A DNA stretch of 64,000 nucleotides. Origin: Ranitomeya imitator (lineage: Eukaryota). The DNA lies in the NCBI RefSeq assembly GCF_032444005.1, contig NC_091290.1:133114001-133178000 (forward strand), in the 5' to 3' direction. Under the pieces are notes generated by a model. That model did not search any database. It saw nothing but the letters and a program-made list of their open reading frames with translations, and was not told the origin of the DNA. Made by a program: the position numbers and the translations under genes. This document shows, one piece after another, positions 23,803-35,300 of this stretch (positions are counted from its first letter, which is position 1; every line of letters begins with the position of its first letter).

Positions 23803-26800
23803 ATTGTGACTCTTGGTGAATTTGGTGGTTACAGGCTTACATAAGGCGACGCGCTTGATGGTTTCAACAATCCCAAGAGAGGCAACAGGTTGACTTTGAA
23901 CCCTTTATGAAAATGTCTGACTCTTGTTGCTCGTCCTCCTGAAGTTTGATGTGATGGTAGGTGACCCGTCGGGCACACAGGGTAGTACAATGTGCCAGGT
24001 ACCCCTATGTGCACAGAGATAAAAAAAAAAACCTTGGATTCCAAGTGGTAAAACCAGCCACAAAATTCTATGCTCAGGATTATAACTAGAAATAAAGCAT
24101 TGTATTCTGCTGTGAAATATATGCGGAAATTAAAAATAAAATCAGAAAATCTCATTTTTGTCTAATAGATGGTGCGTGAAGGGGAGCGGTGAAGAAACTT
24201 CACTTTACCAGTCATTGCAACTTTCCTTATTGGTAGGCAGGAATAGACATGGTGTATGGGTCATTGACCATGAAATGGTCTCCTTAAGCCCCAAGTAAAT
24301 TACGGACCACCGCGCTTCTGAGGTTATAGATTGAATGGATTCTTGTTTGCCATTTTTGAGGTTCAGTTGGTCAATAAATGTATTACAGAAATGGTGAAGT
24401 GATAAAGGCCACTTTTGGTCAGCTCTTAAGGTGGCTATTCTCCTTAGATAGCTGTTGGCTGAACAAGGTACATTTTTCCGTTGATAGATGGGGAAATAAG
24501 CCACTACCTGGCATGTACCTTGTGAACAAAAGGATCGGGTATGTAAATTCAATATCTGACATCTGTCGTTGACACCTTCCCATATAAATTGGTCGATCTT
24601 ATGAAATGTGCAGATTTGTCCAAAGTTGGTCTCATATGTATAGCCACCTTTAAGAGCTTGAAGAATATACCGAAAATACATTTACACACAGAAGACCAAC
24701 CAGTTAAGACTTGTTCGATTTTATGTGATCAACCAATTTCTTAAATGTGATGATAATCAGGGATCCTCTTTCTAAATCATATTTGTCTATTTATCTCTAC
24801 AGGTATCAAAGATAATGAACTATAAGCCGGTATGATCTGGAGCATCTCAATGTGATCCATTCTCATGTCGTTTCTTTTTTTAGTTCCAAATTTATTTGTT
24901 AGTGCTACTCACTTGGGAGCGATTATGAGGTATCACAGGAACAGTTTCTATTTAAAAGTCCTCATGGTTTATAAACCACATCACAGGAAGACTCAAATAC
25001 AGCCCTTGTCCGGCACAAAGTGAAACATAAAGTAAAAACTCCGTACAATAGTGCGGGTTCGCCTGCTTGAGTTGGAGTCCAGCTTCTTGGTCCTTTAGCA
25101 AATGCACACAATCCTGGAGGTCTGCACACCTCCACACACAGACATGTGTGAGACAAATAGGTCTCATTTTACAATGTGAACCATACCAAGGAGTGGAGAT
25201 ATAAGATGACTCACGTGGATGACTGTAAAGCCACAGCAAGGGTTAACACTCTGTGGCTATTTCACAATTCACTCTTAATTTCATTATGAATATATTTACT
25301 CTGTGGTTGACCAATCAGCAAGTGATTAAGTCTGTGTACCTTCTGCAATGGACAGCCCCATCGCTGAGAATAGATTGGCTTAGTTGCCTTGAATCAACAC
25401 AACAGTCTTTACTTTGGCTCAATATTTTCTTGGTTTTTCATAATTGGCCATTATACCTTGTAATGATTCCTTATGACAACGGGGAGCCTAATAAATCAGC
25501 AGCGAAGAAAGAACAACACATTCGGGAAAATACAAATAAAAGAAAGGACTTCCTTCTTCTTCAGGAACTGATGGAGGAGTATAAAGTTCTCAAACCGGGT
25601 CTACGAAAGACTGGCAAAGTAAGTATTTAACGTTCACCTATCATTTTATTTAGGGTTTTTCCATTGTTATATACATACATTGTAGAGAATGATGGTTTAA
25701 TAAAATGTGTCTGTGGTTTCCAAAGCTCGGGTGTACTGTAGATGGCCCAAAGTGTACAATTCCGGTTTTAATAAATCAAACTATGATTTTCTGGATACGT
25801 TTGTTGAGATCTATCTCTTCTGACGTCCCTATACTTAGCAGATGGTCAGCTGGTCCCATTGTCGGCTTGGACTACTTCTATGTGTATGGAGGCATTCAGT
25901 CTTTTAGGTTAGTGGCAGAAACCACTTAAAGTTCTAAACACTTTTGCAGAAAATGTGCAAATGTCATTGCCAAGAAGACTTATTAATGTAGTTTGTCAGA
26001 CAGCTATAAATAGGTAGGAACATTTTGGGAAAAAGTGGTCAAATGTCCCCTACTAGAACACTAGAGATGTTCCCAATGTGCTTCTGATGACACCATTCCA
26101 AAATCTATCTTTGGCCTGAATTTTCTGATTTTCTAAAGTCTCTACGGTAATGGTTCAAAACTGTTATCTCCTCCAAGGAAGAGAAGGTGATAAACAGTGA
26201 TAACCTTGAGCTTGAGATCTAAAGTCATGAAGATCATTGTTGGGTCAACCAGTTCTTATCTATTATCACATAGTGCTTATCTTTGTGTTTAGGTATCTAG
26301 GCACCCTTGTACTTAAATAGTTTCATTACCCCCAATAAACTGGGATGAGATTTAGAAGAAAAGTCTGCATTGTAATTGATGGCTTTAAAGAGCCAATAAG
26401 GTTATGAGGTTTAAAGTTTAACCCTTTTATTACAGGAAACTTATCAATGTTAATCTTTGTTTTTTTTTTCTATCAATTGCAATGACATCGGCATAAAAAG
26501 TAGTTTGCCCGATCCTTTTATTATCCTCAGAGATAAGTTGCTGCCGGATGGAGCTTACAGACGAGGACTGAGGAGTTTGGGAGCAACTTTCTCCCCTCTT
26601 CCCATGCAGAACACATGTATGATCAGCTAGGCTGAGTCAGGAAAGAGATCTGTCAACAGAATGAGCATTTAGTCAGTAGCTGGTATAATCGGAGGTACCC
26701 TAAGACTACTTTATAGAGTGCTTGCCAACCCTCCCAGAACACCCAAGAAGCTCCCATAAAAAGCCCTGGCATCCAGATACTTTATCAGGAGGTAGAATCG

Positions 26801-27069
26801 TGAACTTAATGGCTGAGCAGCTGCATGCAGCCTTACACTACCAAGCACAATGCAGAGCGTCGGATGGAGTGGTGTAAAGCTTCAACCACTGGACTCTGGA
26901 GGAGACGTGTTCTGTGCAGTGATGGATCACACTTCTCTCTGGCATCTAATGGAGGAGTCTGGTGAATGCAAGGAGAACGCTACCCCCTGACTGCATTGTG
27001 CACGCTATACAGTTTGGTGGAGGAGGATAACCTATGGGTTTGTTATCAGGGGGCGGCCTCTGCCCCTTA

Positions 27070-28718
27070 GGGTACCGTCACACAGTGCAATTTTGATCGC
27101 TACGACGGCACGATTCGTGACGTTACATCGTCGGTCAATTATCGCTCCAACATCGTAGACTGCGGTCACACTTCGCGATGCACGGCGCTGGAGCGATAAT
27201 TTCATGACGTATTTGCGATGTAGAAGTCGTATGGGACAGTCGTACGGTCATGTCACACAAGACAATTCAGAGCACATTTTGCATAATCTGTGCGTGACGT
27301 TGTTCACTAGGGGCGTGTTGTGCTGCTAGCTAATGTGCTGATAGGCCACAGGTTCTGTGCACACAATTGGTTGGAAAATTTGTCATGGGGGCACAGGATG
27401 GGAGCAGCACATGATAGGATGGAGAACATATACCAATAGAAATGCTCGCCACCAGGGCGTAGAACGGGTTCAATAGCTAGTATAATATATCGACATAACA
27501 CAGCAGCCCCAAAAAAATAGTAGTACCTCCATATAATGCCTTAAGCTCTGCACAATGGCCTCGCATGTCTCCGGAATCACAACGCTCAGTAAAGGTCTGG
27601 AAACAGCTGCGGAAAACTGCAAATCCTGAAGAGACCTTCCTGTAGCCAGGAACCGCAGTGTCACCGCCAACCTTTCATCCACGGGCACGGCTGCACGCAT
27701 CGGCGTATCACGCCTTTGTATGAGTGGCGTAACAGCAGAAAGTATTATCTTGAAGGATTCCTCTGACATCCTAAGGTAGTTTCGGAAATCATGAGGGTTA
27801 TTATCACGTAACTCTCTTATGAGACCCATGTGTGACAATGTGGATCTTTTCTGCTGCCAGCTTCGGGTCCACATGCGACGTTTTCGTTTAGGACGTCTCT
27901 CCTCTTGGAGACGTGCTGCCTCAAACACCAGGGCAGCAGCAACAACAGAACTCTCATCGGAAGTGAGCATACTTCCTAAAAAGAAAACAAACGTACAATA
28001 AATACACGTGCTTACAAAACAATGTTTTGACCATTGATCTAATAACTATATATGTTGCTACTGGCATAAACGGGGCAGTCCACCATGCTACAGCTCGATC
28101 TGTAAAAGGATTAATTGGGCCACGCTACAGCTGTGTACCTGAGGCTCTCTTGCCTACCCTACTCCCCATAAGGAACAATCGTCCACACTCCAGCGTTTAT
28201 CCCTGTTGAAGCGCAACATCTGCTACGCTGTAGCGTTATACATACCTCTTGCGGTAAAAGTCTGTAGTTATAGTAGTTATAAAAGTCCAGGGAATCCAGC
28301 GAATTTAGGAGTTCTGTTTCCAGCACGTGCTCCAGAGAGAAAAGAATACAGCGCTCGACAGCTCCGGTTTTATCAGCCGGGAACAATAGTCCTTTGTCTG
28401 TCGAATGAGCGCACAGTATTGTACCGCCCAATCGGCACACAGGAGGTGGAGAATTTGGCGCTCCTACGTAGCCAGCTCCTCCACCCATTACATCGTATAC
28501 AATATCGTGCACACCTTTGTTACACCATGCGATCATGCCGCCACAGCGGGACACTAGACGACGAAAGAAAGTTTCAAACGATCTGCTACGACGTACGATT
28601 CTCAGCGGGGTCCCTGATCGCAGGAGCGTGTCAGACACTGCGAGATCGTAACTATATCGCTCGAACGTCACGAATCGTGCCGTCGTAGCGATCAAAATTG
28701 CACTGTGTGACGGTACCC
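27070..28718 (-). mobile_element. PIF/Harbinger transposon, internal-deletion derivative
   Basis: Perfect 55-bp TIRs GGGTACCGTCACACAGTGCAATTTTGATCGCTACGACGGCACGATTCGTGACGTT, with TTA/TAA flanks. Confidence 0.93.
27527..27970 (-). pseudogene. Harbinger (HARBI1-like) transposase N-terminal exon, truncated
   Basis: ...FRNYLRMSEESF...ERLAVTLRFLATGRSLQDLQFSAAVS...ETCEAIVQSLRHYME|GTACT. No downstream DDE exons are present within the element. Confidence 0.85.
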
Positions 28719-29270
28719 TAAATTCTACCGGAGGTGAAATCTTAATACTTAAGAACAAAACATTGCGGACAATTGCTGCTTCGTGGGAACAGTTTTGGGG
28801 AAGGCCCCTTTGTGTTCCCCATGACTGTGCCCGATACACATGGTCCATACAGATACAGTTGGGTGAGTTTGGGGGAAGAACATGACCGACCGCCCAGAAG
28901 CCGGACCTCAGCCCCATCCCACACCTAGAGCGGAGGTTGTGAGTCCGGCCTCTCCAAAACATTTTAGTCAGACATCACAAATGTTTTTCTGGATGAAATG
29001 GAAAAAAAATCCCTCAGACACAACCCAATTCTGACACCAGTGGATCTTCCTCCAGAATTCATTCCTCTTGAGTATACGAGTCCATGTGATGATGAACAAA
29101 TGCCAATCATTGTCTCAGTTACTTATTAATTTCCTCCTGTATATGACGTATAAAATCGTCTTCTAATAATTTACCAGGTATATGGGCCAACTAAAGACAC
29201 TAGATAAGATCCCGGGTCATCGAATCCTACACTGAGGATCATTACACAAGGAATCACCTGGAATAACACT

Positions 29271-29386
29271 ATGGGCACCAAATACGCTATGGAGCTTTTT
29301 TGGTTAATTACTCTACTGGTCTGTGGGGTCAACTCCAACAGGGATGAAGCCTTGAGGATAATGGAGAGCAGTCCTGTCATTGATGG
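29271..29386 (+). CDS. DPEP1: DPEP1 coding exon 1
   Basis: (MGTKYA)[33 protein letters not shown]|GTAAGT. Confidence 0.9.
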
Positions 29387-32300
29387 GTAAGTGTTGCCCT
29401 AGGTTATAGGTAGACCTGATGTAGCAGTCTTATTTCTATCCATAGCCCGTGTCGCACTATTAATTGCTGAATGAGCTAACTGAGATCCCGTCAGTCAGCC
29501 CGCCATGAAGGTCTTACGGGACAGTTTTGAGATCTTATGTCTGTCTTTTCCTGAGCTCTTCTCAGCTGATTTATGAGCACGTAGAGCAAAACTTCTAATG
29601 AAACTCAATTGCAAAAATGATTTTTAGCCCCAAATGTATGAATTTGAGTAAAATAAAAAAAAATCCTCAAAGGTGGACAACCCCTTTAATGATCAAAAGG
29701 AATCCCTCCTGTTAAAGAGGTCCTCCACCTTGGACAATCCTTACACGTTAGGTTATTTTGACAATAAACTGGTCATAATTTATCTCTGCTGAGATCTCCG
29801 CCGATCACTGTCAGGAAACCCAGCAGTAGGTGTTATATTTCCAAATAGCGCCACCCACAGGAAAAATTAAGCATTTCAGTGCGCTCATCTTAATCAATGG
29901 ACTGTCTGTCCTGAGAAAGAGACACTTTTGAAGCACTCTGTTAAAAAAAAGGGCATCCTGAACATGTGACCCCCCCTCTATTAAAGGGGTTCTACACTAC
30001 AATATTGCTTTTTACTAATGGTGATACTCACCTATCATACTCCCACTGTTCCTCTGCACCACTGGCTGTGTCCCTCTCCGTTCTATTTGCTTCCTCTTCC
30101 TGCGGTGGATCCCATATGACCACTGCAGCCAATCAGTGGCCATTGATTGGCTGCAGCCTTGAGCTAAGAAACGAGAATGGCAAAGAGAAAGGCAGGGAAA
30201 ACATCCAGTGGTGTAGAGGAACAATGTGGCCATTTTAGGTCAGTATATGTTTGTTTGTTTTTTCTTTTTCGACCATTATAAAGTCATCAGTAAAATATAA
30301 TGTAGTAATAGACAACCCCTTTAACTCTGAATTCCCTGATGGAAATGGGTTTTATAAATCGGACCACCCATTTAATAATAAATCCCATCTTCTCCATAGG
30401 CACAATGATCTGCCCTGGCAGCTACTGATTGCATCCAATAACCAGCTGAGTAAAGTGGACCTTTTCACAGTGAATACTACTCACACCAACATCCCCAAAC
30501 TACGAGAGGGAAAAGTTGGAGGACAGGTGAGTGTTTAAAGACCCAACTATTTATGGGGAATTAACAAAAAAAAAAAAAAAGTTTGTATATTACGGTAATT
30601 AATATGTAACCTAAAACTTTTCCAAACTTGTGGCAACAGCTTATTAAGTAACCAAATCCTTCATTTCTTTGCCAGCTTACAGCCTAGACTGATGCAATAC
30701 AACCAGATCTGCTTATTCACTAGTACAAAGGGAAAGATTTATTATTCTAAGCCCATATTATCTTTTGTACAAAAAATTTACTTAAAAATTTACGTAAATT
30801 TTTGCACAATTTGCAGCAAATTTTCACATCTAGTTTTAGGCCTATGAATTTACTATTTGTGCCTTATTCAAAGGGGTGTGTGGCTTATCTTATAATGCAC
30901 CAACACGTGCCACATTTATCCGATAAAGCAGACACTTGTATTTTGGCAAAAAAACCTCTTGGAAAAGATCCAACGTGGCAGCGCTTATTTCTTGGTAGAG
31001 AGGAGTCTGCTTTCAACCGTTGCAAACAAGTTAATTCTAAGTATAGATGGATCTTAAAGGAGTTTTAACATGATGATAAAAGAAGAAAGAAGCCAAAAAT
31101 CCACTCCCTGCCCCAGCGCTGCCACTTCAAAAGTGGGAAAAAGTGGTGACGTCACCAATATCAGACACCTGACTGCTGCGGCCAGTGATTGACTGCAGGG
31201 TCAGGATACTGGTGGATTCATGGCAGAGACCTTTGGAGTGGCAGCATTGGACCTGGGTGCGGATTCCTGGGGTGGTTATAGCTTTTCATTTTTTTCCAGA
31301 AGTTTTCTTCTTTTTTTATAACTAAAAAAACTTTCTTAATGCAAAGTTAAGATAAGAAGGCAAAGCTGCTAATAGTAAAGGAAACCTAGATTAGTAATCC
31401 TCACCTATGGGCATTGATTGCCCATCATTTTTTTTTATTCTTTTATCCTATGTATTTGCTTTAATGTATTTTCACCCAGAACATTATTTGTACGTAGTTC
31501 TGGGCCGCCTACGTTCCTTGTAATACTCAAGGCAAAGATGCTGTGAAAAGGACCTTGGAGCAGATAGACGTCATCCATCGGATGTGCCAAAAGTATCCCG
31601 ATGACTTCCTGTGCGTAACCACTGCCGGAGGTGAGAACCGATGGGTGGTGGATTAGAAGGGATGCCGCAAGGGTATATGTAAAGTCAAGGAGCTCGGCTA
31701 TGTTTTCTGGTACAGAATGGCCCAGGAATATGTTACAATATGATTCAGGACCAGTAGACCGAACAATGTAAAAGTGAAGGCTGCAGCCAATCAATGGCCG
31801 CTAATTGGCTGCAGCAGTCACAGGACTGTTGTATTCCTCATACAGGGATTGTTCAAGCTATCCAGAATAAGAAGGTGGCCAGTCTGATTGGTGTGGAGGG
31901 TGGACACTCCATCGACAGCAGCTTAGCAGTACTGCGGACCTTTTACCATCTCGGGGTGCGATATATGACCTTGACTCACAGCTGTAACGTCCCATGGTAA
32001 GATCCGTAACCACACTTGGAATTATAGCATTATGCTTTTATTTGTATTGACTGCCAACAAGGGGGCATCAGGTAACCAACGCCATGACGCTGGTGCCAAA
32101 ATCATCATATTGTACTACTGGTGATGGGATTATACCTCTGACCTACAAAATCCTATGTGGGGATCGGAGGCAACGGCAAAGCTGTAAGGGGTACAAATGT
32201 CGCGGATGTACCAAAGGCTCTGGTAGTCAAAGACCCAAAGGAAATCAATAGCAATGGCGCCAGTTAGGGAGCATGAAATGGGTTGTGTTATGACCTGGTG

Positions 32301-35300
32301 GTTAAGAGGCCACACTGAAATGACCTGTTGGCTAAAACGCAACATGGAACGAGCTCTGAGAAGGTGGTATCTCTACTGACCGCAGTCCCTAATCCTAACA
32401 ACACAACTAGAAATAGCCGTGGGATGTTCCTGACACTCCCTAGACACCTCGTCACAGCCTCAGATATAACTACCCCTAAAGAAGGAAATAGAAAGCTATC
32501 TTGCCTCAGAGAAACCCCCAAAAGGAAAGACAGCCCCCCACAAATATTGACTGTGAAAGGAGAGGGAAATGACGAACACAGAAATGAAATTAGATTTCAG
32601 CAAAGGGAGGCCAAAACTAAACTAGATAGACAGAGAGCAAAGGATACTGTGCGGTCAGTATTAAAAACTACAAAATCCACGCAGAGTTTACAAAAATGAA
32701 CTCCACACCGACTCACGGTGTGGAGGGGCAAATCTGCTTTCCCAGAGCTTCCAGCTAGCCTGAATAAGACATAGTGACAAGCTGGACAAAAGAGACAAAA
32801 TGCAAAGCAATAGAGTCCAAAACAAATGGACAAACAAAACTAGCAAAACTTATCTTTTGCAGACAAGGACTGGCCATATGAGAAATCCAAGGGAAGAATC
32901 AAATCCAACAAAGAACATTGACAGCAGGCAAGGACTAAAGCCCAGAGCAGGTTTAAATAACAAACCCAGGCAAGGCAATTAGTGAAGGCAGCTGCTAAAG
33001 CCACCTAACGGAGCAGCAGTTCCACTTGAAACCGCCAGAGGGAGCCCAAGGGCAGAACCCGCAAAAATACCATTAGCAACCACAGGAGGGAGCTCCAGAA
33101 CGGAACTCACAACAGGGTTGTGCCACAAAGTACATTTTAATCAATAGATCTTGGAATAATAATAACTTCTACAATTGGATGTGTTAAGAAAAAATGTTCC
33201 TGTGCTGAGATAATCTTATAAATGTGCCCCTGCTGTGTACTGTGTAATGGCTGTGTCTGCAGGAACTTGGTTGGATATAGCACATGTCCTCGGCAGGGGA
33301 GGACGCACAAGAGAGTATACAGACATTACAGCAGAGAGATTGCAGCTGATTCTTTTTGTAAGGCAAAACCTTTCACTGCCTGTTTTAAAGCAATGTTTTA
33401 CATCAAAGAAAGAATCAGCTGCAATCCCTCTGCTGTAATATCTGTATACTCTTTTACTCCCCCCTCCTACCCAGGAGATGTGGTATGATCTGACCAAGTT
33501 CCTGCAGACACAGCCATTACACAGTACACAGCAGGGGCACATTTATAAGATCATCTCAGCACAGGAACATTTTTTTTAAACACATCCAATTGTGGAAATT
33601 ATTATTATTCCAAGATCTATTGATTAAAACATTGATTAAAATTAAATTTGTTCTTACGAAAAACCCTTTAAGTCCTAATAACTGAAAGCTCTTGGACCCT
33701 GTTCATGGAATCACGGGTATTAAATATGCTTTCTTACAAATTATACCTCTTGGTTTCTTAATAGGGCGGATAACTGGCTGGTGGATACAAATAAAGATCC
33801 AGCTAAGAGCAACGGCTTGTCTGAATTTGGAAAGGTGAGTACGTAAATGAGCTCTCCACCAGCAGGAGGGAAACAGTCTCTAGTGCCACCGATAGTCAGC
33901 TATGACTCTCGAAGCACGAGTAGTGTCACCCATCCAAAAGAGGTACAAATATTGGGGTCCCGGAGAAACATCGGTGATTTTAGGTTCTATTTGGTTCTAT
34001 TACTTATGGGATTTTTCATAAGTAATTAATGTTATTACAGCTGTGTCATTAAAATTACCCAAACTTGGGAAATTATTCAAGGTCTGACATTTCTCTGAAT
34101 ACACAAGTTAAAAACTAATTTGGTAGAATATACTGTATACTCCCCAACGATCCTCAGAAGATATGACTTATGGTTTGGATATTGATAACTCTTAATTTTG
34201 GCAGTCAACTTTTAAGTTATGGTTTGGATATTGATAATTTTTAATCTTGGAAATGAACTTTTAAGTTATGGTTTGATTATTGATAACTTTTAATTTTGGC
34301 AATAAACATTTAAAGGTATAAAGACCTCCCTACCCGAGTAGGTTCAGATTGTCCATAAAGAGGTTTAATTGAGCTAACTCCTAACTGAGGTTATGGCTTC
34401 CAGGACATGCTAGGAGTTGTAGTCTTAAAACAACTAAAGAAAATCAGATTGGAGACCACAGCTATACAGCAATGGCCGGACCTGCCTTCACTTCGCTTTG
34501 ACATTCCAATCTTCTCTGATCACCTAAACTTTGAGGGTATTTACTCCAAGAAGTGACGACATAACGTTTCCTAAATCCATTAATACCTTTTTCCAAGACA
34601 CATCAAACACTTTTGCAGATTTCTTTTTATAACAATGTGTAATTGTGTTTTTTGGAACAAATAATATGTTTCATGCTTGGGTTACGATACATTGACGCCC
34701 CCTTACGATATATTGATGCCACACTTCATCCATATATGCCCACCCTGATTTATTTTTTCCGTGACCTCAGAATACCGACTGCTCATATACAGTAAGTCAA
34801 GAATCACCCTGAAAAATCTGTACATCATTAAATATTGGAAGGATATAAACTTTTCCAGGCAGTCGGATGACTTTTTAGGATGTCGGAGAGGGACTTTTAC
34901 CTAATAAAATTACCCATTAATCCAACACATAGTGATAATAATAAGACAATTATTATATAAAGTCATCTACTTATATTTGGATGGATCCAGACTTTGGACG
35001 TTGCTAGATTTGGTCCGCAGCTGATGGCTTTGTATCTGTTGTAGAACTAATACTCTCAGTATCCAATGTCGGCCATCAGGTGTAAGGACAAGTTCTAGCT
35101 TTACAATATAGCTATAGGTTGGAGACCTTAAAGGGAACCTGTCACCTGAATTTGGCGGGACTGGTTTTGGGTCATATGGGCGGAGTTTTCGGGTTTTTGA
35201 TTCACCCTTTCCTTACCCACTGGCTGCATGCTGGGTGCAATATTGGATTGAAGTTCATTCTCTGTCCTCCGTAGTACACGCCTGCACAAGGCAATCTTGC

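Larger units (their letters stand above)
26790..29000 (+). mobile_element. Decayed Tc1 transposase fragment split by a Harbinger element
   Basis: Before 27069 the remnants read HWTLE..RVLCSDG..PDCIV..QFGGGG..GLCPL. After 28721 they read WEQFGEGP..HDCAP..PDLSPI. The two parts are collinear with a Tc1 catalytic domain. Confidence 0.7.

Noticed and set aside
24205-24681. 158-aa minus-strand ORF
   Set aside because: It has no recognisable domain and runs through a small MITE (AAGGTGGCTAT...ATAGCCACCTT, ~24430-24650).
25253-25630. 125-aa ORF as an N-terminal extension of DPEP1
   Set aside because: The DPEP1 frame has a TAA at 29205-29207, upstream of the ATGs, so no in-frame extension is possible through the 29178 acceptor.
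28159-28962. 267-aa and 160-aa ORFs in the Harbinger/Tc1 region as a Myb/SANT partner gene
   Set aside because: They cross the element boundary and TIR and show no trihelix or SANT motif.
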